DNA of 64,000 bases from an uncultured Acidobacteriota bacterium (GTDB lineage Bacteria > Acidobacteriota > Polarisedimenticolia > J045): NCBI GenBank assembly GCA_963702425.1, contig CAVPCQ010000024.1:1-64000 (forward strand), in the 5' to 3' direction. The first letter of the stretch is position 1; the number at the start of each line of letters is the position of its first letter. A program made the position numbers and the translations under genes. Below are positions 9,932 through 23,536 of this stretch, piece by piece. The notes below the pieces were generated by a model that saw nothing but the letters and a program-made list of their open reading frames with translations, searched no databases and was not told the DNA's origin.

Positions 9932-11536
9932 TCAGTTCGACCCCGACCCTTCCGTCAGCTTGTCCATCGCGTTCCCCAGGCTGAAGGAGCCCGGTTTCTG
10001 ACGCGGCGGGAACTCCTTGAAGCTCTGCAGCCACTGGCCGACGAAGACCTGCGCGGGTACCAGCGCGTAGACGCGGTCGATCCGCCAGCGCCCGTAGCCC
10101 ATCCCCTCGTGGTCGGCCCGCTCGAAGGGGTCGGCCCGCAGGCTGAAGAGCTTCGGCACCCGGAGCGTCACCATCGGGTCCTGCCAGACGTCGAAGCCGT
10201 GGGAGCGCTGCTCCATGAACACGAGCTTCCACTGGTCGTAGCGAAGTCCCGCCAGGTTGCCGTCGTCGGTCCAGTAGAGGAACTCGTGCCGGGGCGCCTT
10301 CGCCTCGCCCTTGAAGTAGGGGAGCCAGTTGTAGCCGTCGAGGTGGACCTTGTAGGTCGTGCCGCCGACGGAGGCACCTTTCAGCAGCTCTTCCTTGACG
10401 TTGGGATTGCCGACCGCCGCCATCAGGGTCGGGAGCCAGTCCTCGTGCGAGACGATCTCGTTGACCTCCGTTCCGGGCTTGATCACGCCCGGCCAGCGCG
10501 CGACCAGCGGAACGCGATAGCCGCCCTCCCAGTTCGTGTTCTTCTCGCCGCGGAACGGGGTCGTCCCGCCGTCGGGCCAGCTCATCACCTCGGCCCCGTT
10601 GTCCGTCGTCCAGATCACGATCGTGTTGTCGGTGATCCCGAGGTCGTCGAGCAGCTTGAGCATCTGGCCGATCTGGCCGTCGTGCTCGACCATGCCGTCC
10701 GGGTAGACGCCGAGGCCGGTCTTGTTCACCGAGGCGGGCTTGAGGTGAGTCCAGATGTGCATGCGCGAGGTGTTGAACCAGACGAAGAAGGGCTTCCCTT
10801 CCTTCTGGCTGCGCCGAATGAAATCGACGGACGCCGAGAGCACCTCCTCGTCGATCGTCTCCATCCGCTTCACGGTGAGCGGACCGGTGTCCTCGCAGCG
10901 CTGCTTGCCCCACTTGCCGAAGCGGGGGTCGTCGGGAAGCGAGCTCACAGTGTCGGTCGCCCAGCAGTGGTAGACGCCGCGCGGGCCGAACTTCGCCTTG
11001 AACTCCGGGTTCTGCGGGTAGTCGTCGTTTTCGGGCTCCTCCTCGGCGTTCAGGTGGTAGAAGTTGCCGAAGAACTCGTCGAAGCCGTGGACCGTGGGGA
11101 AGAACTCGTTGCGATCGCCGAGGTGGTTCTTGCCGAACTGGCCGGTCGCATAGCCCCGCGCCTTGAGCAGGTTGGCGAGCGTGGGATCCTCGGCCCTGAG
11201 GCCTTCCGGCGCGCCCGGGAGGCCGACCTTGGTCAGGCCGGTGCGGATCGGCGACTGCCCGGTGATGAACGCGGCGCGCCCCGCGGTGCAGGACTGCTGG
11301 GCGTAGGCGTCGGTGAAGATCGCGCCCTCTTTCGCGATGCGGTCGATGTTCGGCGTGCGGTAGCCCATCATTCCGCGGTTGTAGGCGCTGACGTTCCAGT
11401 AGCCCACGTCGTCGCCGAACATGACGAGGATGTTGGGCTGCTTCGCGGCCGACGCTGCCGTCTGGGCCGCGGCCGGCAGGGCGAGCGCCAGGACGGCGAG
11501 CGTCGCCGCGGCGAGTGACCTCGTGATTCGCTTCAT
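9932..11536 (-). CDS. Arylsulfatase (formylglycine-dependent, Cys type)
   Basis: PNILVMFGDDVG, SCTAGRA (CxxxR), GKNHLG, TDNG, GEKNTNWEGG; Sec-type signal peptide. Confidence 0.93.
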   Translation of the reverse strand: MKRITRSLAAATLAVLALALPAAAQTAASAAKQPNILVMFGDDVGYWNVSAYNRGMMGYRTPNIDRIAKEGAIFTDAYAQQSCTAGRAAFITGQSPIRTGLTKVGLPGAPEGLRAEDPTLANLLKARGYATGQFGKNHLGDRNEFFPTVHGFDEFFGNFYHLNAEEEPENDDYPQNPEFKAKFGPRGVYHCWATDTVSSLPDDPRFGKWGKQRCEDTGPLTVKRMETIDEEVLSASVDFIRRSQKEGKPFFVWFNTSRMHIWTHLKPASVNKTGLGVYPDGMVEHDGQIGQMLKLLDDLGITDNTIVIWTTDNGAEVMSWPDGGTTPFRGEKNTNWEGGYRVPLVARWPGVIKPGTEVNEIVSHEDWLPTLMAAVGNPNVKEELLKGASVGGTTYKVHLDGYNWLPYFKGEAKAPRHEFLYWTDDGNLAGLRYDQWKLVFMEQRSHGFDVWQDPMVTLRVPKLFSLRADPFERADHEGMGYGRWRIDRVYALVPAQVFVGQWLQSFKEFPPRQKPGSFSLGNAMDKLTEGSGSN

Positions 11537-11564
11537 GGCTTGTCCCTTCCCCTTCGGTGTGTCG

Positions 11565-11822
11565 TCAGGCGTGACTGTTGGAAAGCAGGAGCTCGACATA
11601 CGGAGTGGCGCCGATGACCTTTGCGTTCGACCCGATGAGTTGGCGCAGCGCCGCCACCCCGTCGGGGTCGGCGTCGCGCAGATCGGTGAGGTCGAGGACC
11701 AGCGGCGCCGCGGCGGCCTCGCAGGCCTCGCGGAGCGCGGGAACGCCCGGCGCGGAGAGCCAGCCGTCGACCTTGACGGCCGTTCCTGCCGCGAGCGGCC
11801 GCTGGGAGATGAACAGTTTCAC
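11565..11822 (-). CDS. Small STAS-like domain protein
   Basis: VKVDGWL...LVLDLTDLRDADPDGVAALRQL STAS-like pattern. Confidence 0.65.
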   Translation of the reverse strand: MKLFISQRPLAAGTAVKVDGWLSAPGVPALREACEAAAAPLVLDLTDLRDADPDGVAALRQLIGSNAKVIGATPYVELLLSNSHA

Positions 11823-11835
11823 GGTGTGGAGTAAG

Positions 11836-11850
11836 GCAATCGGCGTGCCA
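11836..11850 (-). promoter_or_regulatory. sigma54 (RpoN) -24/-12 promoter for the STAS-sulfatase unit
   Basis: Minus strand TGGCAC-GCCGA-TTGC matches TGGCAC-N5-TTGC exactly; divergent bEBP gene adjacent. Confidence 0.85.
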
Positions 11851-11992
11851 CGGCCCGCTCGCCGCGGAGGCCGGGGGATAGGCCCGGAATCTCCCGGAGT
11901 TCCGGCTCTTCCCGCCGCTTGTGACCCGTAAGTTGATCTTCGCCAGAGGTTTCCTGAGTCTCAATATATTGATACACTCTCAGCCGGTTGAG

Positions 11993-13558
11993 ATGAGCGA
12001 TCCCCTCCAGGTCCCGGTGCCGGCGGCGGACCAGGAACTCCGCTTCGAGCGCCTGCTCGCGGACCTCTCGGCGGACTTCGTCAACCTCGAGGCCGAGGCG
12101 GTCCTGTCGCACATCGAAGGCGCTCTGGAGCAGATCGTCCGCTTCTTCGGCGTGGATCGCAGCAGCTTCTTCGAGTTCGTCGACGCGGAGGGCCGCGCCG
12201 AGATCCTCGCCTCATGGGCCATGCCCGGCGTGGAGAGCTCCCCCCCGGGCCGGTCTCGGTGCTCTTCCCCTGGTACGCGAGATCGCTCTGGCGGGGGGAG
12301 ACGATCGTTCTGCCGCGCCTTCCCGAAGGGCTTCCGGAGCAGGCCGTCGCCGAGCGGGGCTACGTGGCCCGGTCCGGGATGAAGTCCAACCTGACCTTCC
12401 CGCTGCTGGTGGAAGGACGACCTTCGGCTTCATCGCGGTCGGGTCGTTCCGCCGCCAGGTCGACTTCTCCGACGCGGTGATCCCGCGCCTGCGCCTGGTC
12501 GGCGAGGTGCTCGCCGGCTCCCTCGTGCGGGCCCGCGCGGCGATCCGGGTGCGCGAGCTGACGGCCCTGCTCGAGGCGGAGAACGCGGTGCTCCGGGCGG
12601 AGATCACCGGCTCGCACGATTTCGAGCACATCGTCGGCGACAGCTCCGCGCTGCGCACCGCGCTCCGGCTTCGCAGGCCAGGTCGCTCCGACCGACACCG
12701 CCGTGCTCCTCACCGGAGAAACGGGCACGGGCAAGGAGCTGTTCGCCCACGCGATCCACGCGAAGAGCCCGCGCGCCGAGCGGCCGCTGGTCAAGGTGAA
12801 CGTCGCCGCGCTCCCGCCGACGCTGATCGAGAGCGAGCTGTTCGGCCACGAGAAGGGGGCGTTCACGGGGGCGACCGCGCAGCGGATCGGCCGCTTCGAG
12901 CTGGCGCGCGGCGGGACCCTCTTCATCGACGAGATCGGGGACCTGCCCCGCGCGCTCCAGGCCAAGCTGCTCCGCGCGCTCCAGGAGGGGGAGTTCGAGC
13001 GGCTCGGTTCGTCGCGCACGCTCCGCACCGATGCGCGGATCATCGCCGCGACGCACCACGATCTCGACGCCGCGGTCCGGGAGGGACGCTTCCGGTCCGA
13101 CCTGATGTACCGGCTCTCCGTCTTCCCGATCCGCGTCCCTCCGCTCCGCGAGCGTCGAGAGCGACATCGCCTCCCTGGCCTGGCACTTCGTGACGCGCAA
13201 GCAGGGGAAGCTCGGGCGCGCGATCGAGCGGATCACCGCGCGCTCGCTGGAAGCGCTCCAGGAGTACGACTGGCCGGGGAACGTGCGCGAGCTCGAGAAC
13301 GTGATCGAGCGGGCGCTCGTGCTCTCCACGGGGCCGGTGCTCGACGAGGCGACGATCCTCGCATCGGCACGCCGCCCCGCCGGGGGCAGAGCAACGGGCG
13401 AAACGCTCGAGGCGGTCGAACGCGAGCACATCCACCGCACGCTCGAGGAGTCGCACTGGAAGATCAACGGGGCCGGGAACGCGGCGGAGCGACTCGGCCT
13501 TCATCCGAGCACGCTCCGGGCGAGGCTGCACAAGCTCGGGATCCGACGTCCCGGGTAG
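11993..13558 (+). CDS. sigma54-dependent activator (GAF-AAA+-HTH, FhlA/NifA-like); about four frameshifts
   Basis: Fragments in successive frames: GAF-like N-terminus, [56 protein letters not shown]. Confidence 0.85.
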
Positions 13559-13611
13559 CCCCGGCCGTCGCATCGAACCAGGGACCGTGACCTGCCGCGA
13601 GGAGGAAGCGC

Positions 13612-14376
13612 ATGACGATGCCCGTACTGTTCGTCGGCCACGGCAGCCCGATGAACGCGCTCGAGGACAACCGGTTCGTCCGGGCCTGGCAGGCCGTCGC
13701 CCGCGAACTGCCTCGCCCGCGCGCGATCCTCTGCGTCTCGGCCCACTGGCAGGCGGACGCGCCGCGCGTCACCGCGATGGAGCGGCCGCGCACGATCCAC
13801 GACTTCCACGGCTTCCCGCCGGAGCTGTTCGCGGTGCCTACCCCGCCCGAGGCGCTCCTTCCCTGGCGGAGCGGGCGGTCGAGCTGGGGGCCGCGCACGG
13901 CGTGGCGGCCGACCGGGGCTGGGGGCTCGACCACGGTGCGTGGTCGGTGCTGATCCGGATGTACCCCGACGCCGACATCCCGGTGGTGCAGCTCGCGCTC
14001 GACACTCACCGCTCCCCCGCGGAGCACTTCGCGCTGGCGCGATCGCTGCGCCCGCTGCGCGAGGAAGGCGTGCTCGTCCTCGGCAGCGGGAACATCGTCC
14101 ACAACCTGCGCCTGGTCCGGTGGGAGGACAACGCCGTACGACTGGGCGGTCGAGTTCGACGCGAAGGTGGCGCAGCGGATCGAGCAGCAGGACGACGACG
14201 CGCTGATCGACTACCGCGCGCTGGGTCCCGGCGCCGCGCTCGCGGTGCCGACCGACGAGCACTACCTGCCGCTGCTGTACGCGCTGGCGCTGCGCGATCC
14301 CGGCGAGGCGGTGCGCTTCTTTGCGGAGGGGGTCACGCTGGGCTCGATCTCGATGCGCTCCGTGCGGATCGGCTGA
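13612..14376 (+). CDS. ygiD: 4,5-DOPA dioxygenase extradiol-like (YgiD/LigB family); two frameshifts
   Basis: LFVGHGSPMNA, SAHW, TIHDFHGFP, GLDHGAW, GSGNIVHNL, PTDEHYLPLLY across three frames. Confidence 0.85.
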
Positions 14377-14419
14377 CCCGGCGCGGGCTGCGGCGGTAGA
14401 CTGCACCGGGAGGCTGCCG

Positions 14420-15034
14420 ATGGCCCGCTCCACCGCGCTGCGCCTGACCTTCCGCCCCCTGAGCGCGGAGACCTGGCCCGACCTCGTCCGCCTGTTCGGC
14501 GAGCGGGGCGCCTGCGGCGGCTGCTGGTGCATGTACTGGCGGTTGCCGCGCGCACAGTTCGATCGGCAGAAGGGGGCCGGCAACAAGCGTGCGCTGCACC
14601 GGATGGCCGCCGCGGGCGAGCCGCTCGGCGTGATCGCGTACGACGGCGAGCTGCCGGTCGGATGGTGCGCGGCGGCTCCGCGCTCGGCCTTCCCGGGCCT
14701 CGACCGCTCGCGCCTGCTGGCGGCCGTGGACGAGCGGCCGGTCTGGTCCGCTCCGTGCCTGTTCGTCGCAAGGAACTATCGAAAGCGCGGGGTGTCGGCC
14801 GCGCTGCTCGACGCCGCCGCTCGCGTCGCGGCGGCCCACGGCGCGCCGGCCCTGGAGGGGTACCCGATCGACAGCGGCGGGGCGGAGCAGCCGGCGGCAT
14901 TCGTCTGGACCGGCACCCCGGGCGCGTTCGCGCGCGCGGGCTTCAAGGAAGTCCTGCGCCGCTCGCCGCGCCGGCCGATCGTCCGCCGCGCGCTCACGGC
15001 GGCGCGCACCCGCCGGAAGAAGGAGGAGCGATGA
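14420..15034 (+). CDS. GNAT family acetyltransferase
   Basis: GACGGCWCMYWR, VGWC, RKRGVS acetyl-CoA motif, LEGYP. Confidence 0.85.
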   Translation: MARSTALRLTFRPLSAETWPDLVRLFGERGACGGCWCMYWRLPRAQFDRQKGAGNKRALHRMAAAGEPLGVIAYDGELPVGWCAAAPRSAFPGLDRSRLLAAVDERPVWSAPCLFVARNYRKRGVSAALLDAAARVAAAHGAPALEGYPIDSGGAEQPAAFVWTGTPGAFARAGFKEVLRRSPRRPIVRRALTAARTRRKKEER

Positions 15035-15231
15035 AGCCGGGCATCCTGGTCGCGTTCGCGTTCCTGATCTTCGTCTCGCTCGGGCACCTGGTGCGGCTCG
15101 TCTTCCGGATCCCGGTTGCGATCGGCAGCGTGGTCGTCCCGATGTGGCCGAGCGTCCTGGCGGTACCCCTGTTCGCCGGGCTCGCGCTCCTGATCTGGCG
15201 CGAGACGCATCCGCCTTCCGGCCGTTCGTGA
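15031..15231 (+). CDS. Small two-TM membrane protein
   Basis: AGGAGG RBS, ATGA overlap, two hydrophobic helices. Confidence 0.6.
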   Translation: MKPGILVAFAFLIFVSLGHLVRLVFRIPVAIGSVVVPMWPSVLAVPLFAGLALLIWRETHPPSGRS

Positions 15232-15620
15232 CGACGCCGCGGCTGACGCTGACGCTCCTCCCGGGCCGCTACGCCGTCTGCCGCCTGGACGCCGACGCCG
15301 CGGTCCCCGGCTGGTGGGATCGCGGCGCCCTGGCCTCGGTGACCCGCACCAAGGACGAGCTGTCGATCGTCTGCGACGAGGCAGCGGCGCCGGAAGGACC
15401 GCGTGTCGAACGCGGCTGGCGTTCGTTCAAGTTCGAGGGGCCGTTCCCGTTCGAGTCGACCGGGATCCTGGCCTCGGTCGCTGGGCCGCTTGCCGCCGCG
15501 GAGGTCGGGATCTTCGCCTTCTCGACGTTCGACACCGACTATGTGATGGTCAAGGAGCGTCAACTCGGAGCGGCCGTTCGCAGCCTGCGGGCCGCGGGGC
15601 ACGAGTTGATCGGCGCCTAG
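15228..15620 (+). CDS. ACT-domain protein (CASTOR/ACT_7-like)
   Basis: SVTRTKDELSIVC, GILASVAGPLA, FSTFDTDYVMVK. Confidence 0.85.
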   Translation: MTTPRLTLTLLPGRYAVCRLDADAAVPGWWDRGALASVTRTKDELSIVCDEAAAPEGPRVERGWRSFKFEGPFPFESTGILASVAGPLAAAEVGIFAFSTFDTDYVMVKERQLGAAVRSLRAAGHELIGA

Positions 15621-15768
15621 GGGAGATCGCCGGATGAATCGGCCACGCCAGGACTCGCCGTTCCCGGTGCGAGCGTGAGCCGCCGCGATCTCCGCTGAAC
15701 CGCACACGGGTTTGGCCCCCCTGGGGGGCGGGGATCGGGTACGATCGACGGTGAAGGAGAACCCCTCC

Positions 15769-16209
15769 GTGTCCCCCGTCTACCCGCTGACCGAACGTGG
15801 CCCGATCCAGGTCCGCATCGAACGACTCGACCACATCGCGCTCACGGTGTCGGATCTCGACGCGGCGTGCGCGTTCTACCAGCGCGCGCTGGGCCTGGAG
15901 CCGGTGACGCTGGCCGGTGACCGGCGGGCGCTGCGCTTCGGCCGCCAGACGTTCCACCTGCGGGAGGTGGCAGGCCAGGACGAGCCGCGGCCGCGGCACG
16001 CCACGCCGGGCTCCGCCGACCTCTGCTTCGTGACCGAGGTTCCGCTGGACGAGATCGCGCCGCACCTGGCCGCCTGCGGCATCGGGATCGTCGAGGGTCC
16101 GGTCGAGCGGCCCGGAGCGGAGGGGATGCTCGTCTCGATCTACTTCCACGACCCGGACGGCAACCTGATCGAGCTGTCGAACGAGATCGCCTCAATGAAA
16201 GTGCTGTAG
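15769..16209 (+). CDS. VOC family protein
   Basis: LDHIALTVSD, PGSADLCF, SIYFHDPDGNLIEL; AAGGAG RBS before GTG 15769. Confidence 0.88.
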   Translation: MSPVYPLTERGPIQVRIERLDHIALTVSDLDAACAFYQRALGLEPVTLAGDRRALRFGRQTFHLREVAGQDEPRPRHATPGSADLCFVTEVPLDEIAPHLAACGIGIVEGPVERPGAEGMLVSIYFHDPDGNLIELSNEIASMKVL

Positions 16210-16320
16210 GGGCCGGCCTCTGTGCCGGCCCGACCGGCCGGCCTCTGTGCCCGCCCGACCGGCCGGCCTCTGTGCCCGCCCGACCGGCCGGCCTCTGTGC
16301 CCGCCCGATCGGCCGGCCCG
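16206..16320 (+). repeat. REP copy followed by tandem 25-bp REP-derived repeats (about 4.4 units)
   Basis: Unit GGCCGGCCTCTGTGCCCGCCCGACC starting at 16211, 16236, 16261, 16286, with no spacers. Confidence 0.9.
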
Positions 16321-16325
16321 CCGTG

Positions 16326-16811
16326 TCACGGCCCGTAGCGCTCGCGGATCCGCTCGATGATCGTCGAGGTCGAAGTTCCCGGCAGCAGCTGAACCCGCGC
16401 CACGCGGCCCCCCCAGCCCTTCACCTCGTGCGCGCCGACAATTGCGTCCTCGTCCCAGTCGGCGCCCTTCACGAGCACGTCGGGACGCAGCGCGAGGATC
16501 GTCGCGAGCGGCGTGTCCTCCCCGAAGAGCACGACGCGGTCCACCGCCTCCAGCGCGGCGAGCAGCTCGGCCCGCTCGGCCTGCGGGACCAGCGGGCGCG
16601 CGGCTCCCTTCAGGCGCGACACCGAGGCGTCATCGTTGAGCCCGACCACCAGCGCGTCGGCCGTCCCGCGCGCGGCGGCCAGCAGGCGCACGTGGCCCGC
16701 GTGCAGGATGTCGAAGCAGCCGTTGGTGAAGGCGACGCGATGCCCCAAACGACGGAGGCCGTCGCGCCAGGCGACGGCCTCCTCGAGCGATACGGCACCG
16801 GGTGGGTGCAC
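16326..16811 (-). CDS. rfaE2: D-glycero-beta-D-manno-heptose 1-phosphate adenylyltransferase (RfaE domain II)
   Basis: FTNGCFDILHAGH, GLNDDASV.RLKG..RP, VLVKGAD, STSTII. Confidence 0.9.
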   Translation of the reverse strand: MHPPGAVSLEEAVAWRDGLRRLGHRVAFTNGCFDILHAGHVRLLAAARGTADALVVGLNDDASVSRLKGAARPLVPQAERAELLAALEAVDRVVLFGEDTPLATILALRPDVLVKGADWDEDAIVGAHEVKGWGGRVARVQLLPGTSTSTIIERIRERYGP

Positions 16812-16813
16812 GC

Positions 16814-17992
16814 TCAGGGCAGGACCAGCGGCAGCATCGCGCTGTCCACCTTGCCGAAGTGCTCCATCTTCCCCTTGCTGATGACGGTGAAGTGCGGCTG
16901 GCTCGTGACGTCGCCGTGACTGTCGAAGTCGATCGGCCCGGTGATGCCGACGTAGGAGATCTCCCGCAGCTGGTCGGCGACCTCGCCCGGCGAGGCGATC
17001 TTGGTACGAGTGAGCGCGGCAGCCATGACCTTGACCGCGTCGTAGCCGTAGGCGGCGAAGGCGCCCGGTTCCTGGTTGTACTTGCTCTTGTACGCGTTGA
17101 CGAATCGCGCGACCACCTCGTCCCCGGAGTCCAGGTCGAAGGACGGGTGCGGGAAGGCGAGCCGATCGGCGGCGGTCCCGGCCACGTCAACGATCCCGGG
17201 CTTGATGGCCGAGGTCGCGAACCGGGCGGCACTGACACCTGCGTGCTCCATCGCATCGAGCAGGGTCGCGACGTCGAAGTCATAGGCCGCGAGGTAGACC
17301 ACCTCGGGCTGCGCGGCCTTGACCCTCGCCATGATCGCGTCGGCGATCTCCGGCGTCAGCTGCCCGTCGTAGTCCTCGCGCAGCACGACCTTGTCGTTCG
17401 GATCTTCGAACTGCCCCTGGAAGACGTCCGCGATTCCCTGCCCGAAGGCGCTCTTCGTGGCCACGATCGCGGCCTTCTGGAAGCCGAGCTTGCGCGCCAT
17501 GTCGGCCATCGCCTGGCCCTCGACCATGTCGCTCGGGTAGACGCGGAAGAAGAACTCGCCGCCGGCATACGTCAGCTCGGGGGTGGAGGCCGACGGGCTC
17601 AGCAGAACGATCCCCTTGCTGTTGACATACCCGGTGAGGCCGAGGGCGGCCGCGGAGGAGACGCCCCCGATCAGCGCGCGGGCCTGCTTCTGCTCGACCA
17701 TCTCCTTGGCGATCTCGAGCGCCTTCTTCGGATCGCTTCCGTCGTCGGCATAGACGATCTCCAGCTTCCGGCCGCCCATGATGCCGCCCGAGGCGTCGAT
17801 CTCCGCCGCCGCGAGCTCCATGCCGCGCTTGATCTGCTTGCCGTACTCGGCGGTGGAGCCGGTTTCGGAGATGATCGCGCCGACCAGCACCGGAGGGCGA
17901 GCCCCGCAGGCCGCCACCAGAGCCACGGCGGCGACGAGCGCCAGGATGGCGAAAAGAGCGAGTCGACTTACATGTTTCGGGTTCCCGGTCAT
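16814..17992 (-). CDS. Branched-chain amino acid-type ABC substrate-binding lipoprotein
   Basis: VAAC lipobox; DDGSDP, FFRVYPSD, AYGYDAV, GITGPIDFD. Confidence 0.85.
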   Translation of the reverse strand: MTGNPKHVSRLALFAILALVAAVALVAACGARPPVLVGAIISETGSTAEYGKQIKRGMELAAAEIDASGGIMGGRKLEIVYADDGSDPKKALEIAKEMVEQKQARALIGGVSSAAALGLTGYVNSKGIVLLSPSASTPELTYAGGEFFFRVYPSDMVEGQAMADMARKLGFQKAAIVATKSAFGQGIADVFQGQFEDPNDKVVLREDYDGQLTPEIADAIMARVKAAQPEVVYLAAYDFDVATLLDAMEHAGVSAARFATSAIKPGIVDVAGTAADRLAFPHPSFDLDSGDEVVARFVNAYKSKYNQEPGAFAAYGYDAVKVMAAALTRTKIASPGEVADQLREISYVGITGPIDFDSHGDVTSQPHFTVISKGKMEHFGKVDSAMLPLVLP

Positions 17993-18029
17993 GGATCCCT
18001 CCCGGGCCCCGCGGCGACCTGCTGCTGCG

Positions 18030-18440
18030 CTACGAGGCCCTTTCCCTGGCGCTCACGCGAGCGAGGTGTTTCTCGATCTTGAAGCGTACCACCTCGATGT
18101 CGGTCTCGGAAAGCTCCCGCTTGAGCTGTTCCTGGTACTCGACCGCCTTGCGGCGCGCGCGCTCCGAGTCGATCTCGGCCGCCTTTTCCGCCGTTTCCGC
18201 CAGAACGGTCACACGGTCGGGACCGACCTCGGCGATGCCTGCGCCGATCGCGAGGACCTCTCGCTCGCTCCCCGCACGCACTTCAGCCACGCCGCACTGC
18301 AAGCCGGCGAGCATCGGAGCGTGCCCGGGGAGCACGCCGAACGACCCCTCGACCCCGGGCAGCACGACCTCGTCCACGTCGCGCACGAGCACGCGCCGGG
18401 CCGGGGTGACGATCTCGAGGTGGATCTTCTCCGGGAGCAT
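18030..18440 (-). CDS. atpC: ATP synthase F1 epsilon subunit
   Basis: LEIVTP, PGVEGSFGVLPGHAP; follows atpD. Confidence 0.93.
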   Translation of the reverse strand: MLPEKIHLEIVTPARRVLVRDVDEVVLPGVEGSFGVLPGHAPMLAGLQCGVAEVRAGSEREVLAIGAGIAEVGPDRVTVLAETAEKAAEIDSERARRKAVEYQEQLKRELSETDIEVVRFKIEKHLARVSARERAS

Positions 18441-18450
18441 GTCGTTCTCC

Positions 18451-18578
18451 GGGCCGGCACGGAGGCCGGCCCCTACAGGTTTCGGTCGGGCGGCATTCCG
18501 CAAAGGCCGGCACGGAGGCCGGCCCCTACAGGTTTCGGTCGGGCGGTGTTCCGTAGGGGCCGGCCTCCGTGCCGGCCC
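18451..18578. repeat. Cluster of three REP copies (BIME-like) between atpD and atpC
   Basis: GTAGGGGCCGGCCTCCGTGCCGGCC at 18451-18476 (-), 18504-18529 (-) and 18553-18578 (+). Confidence 0.88.
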
Positions 18579-18597
18579 GCACCGCGCGGCCCTTGCG

Positions 18598-20957
<2,360 letters not shown>

Positions 20958-20963
20958 GGTCCG

Positions 20964-22625
<1,662 letters not shown>

Positions 22626-22705
22626 GCCGCGTTCTCCGTGCCGCGGCGCCTGGGCCCGCGGCGTTCCCGTGTCCGTGCCGTTCCGGGGCCCGGTCTGCCG
22701 GGGCG

Positions 22706-23260
22706 CTACACTGCCGCGCCGGCCGTCAGCCGCTGGAGCATCAGGTCGAGCTTCGAGCGCAGCGTGCCGTCGAGCCGCCGCCCCGCAACTTCCACCGCGA
22801 CGCCGCCGAGCAGCGCCGGGTCCACCTTCTCGACCAGGCGGATCGTCCCGCCGGTCATCTTCTCGAGCGAGCCGACGAGGCGCTTCCGGATCACCTCGTC
22901 CAGCGGCAAGGGGGTCGTCACGACCGCCTGGTGCACGCCGAGCCGGCGATCCAGCGTGCGCGCCGAAGCGGCGGCGATCTGCGGCAGGAGGGTGAGCTTC
23001 TCGCCTTGCGCGACGACGGCGAGGAACTTCTGGGTGATCGCCGACAGCCCGAGCTTGCGCGCGACGGCGACGATCGCCCGGGATTTCGCCTCCGTGGGGA
23101 TGGTCGGGCCCTTCAGGACGGCGCGCAGGTCCGCGCTCTCGCGGTAGAGCCGCGCGAGCAGCGCGAGGTCGTCGCGGACGACCGTGAGTTGGCCGTTGTC
23201 GGGCACCGCGTCCGCGAGGCCCTGGGCGAACCGGTCCGCGATCAGGCGGACGTTCTTCAT
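22706..23260 (-). CDS. atpH: ATP synthase F1 delta subunit
   Basis: IADRFAQGL...[16 protein letters not shown]; directly upstream of atpA. Confidence 0.92.
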   Translation of the reverse strand: MKNVRLIADRFAQGLADAVPDNGQLTVVRDDLALLARLYRESADLRAVLKGPTIPTEAKSRAIVAVARKLGLSAITQKFLAVVAQGEKLTLLPQIAAASARTLDRRLGVHQAVVTTPLPLDEVIRKRLVGSLEKMTGGTIRLVEKVDPALLGGVAVEVAGRRLDGTLRSKLDLMLQRLTAGAAV

Positions 23261-23536
23261 GAGGCCGAATCCTCCCGCTCCCGCACGGCACGCGCGGGGG
23301 CCGGGCGCAGGCCGGCGAAGCGCCCTCCTGCGAACGGCTAACTTTATGATCGGCCGAGACTTAGAGGTCCCGCACCGGGGTGCCGGAAAGGCGAATGCTA
23401 GCAACCGGGGAGGGGGGCGTCAAGCCGCGCCGGGTGCGGGCTTTGCCGCGATTCCGGGTCTTCTCTGACCATGGTCACGGCGCGACCCGGAGCAATAATG
23501 GCGGCCCGTCCCTCCTCTCCCTCCTACGGAGCGTCC

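Noticed and set aside
16211-16320. Possible CRISPR array
   Set aside because: Units are contiguous with no unique spacers, derive from the REP, and no cas genes are present
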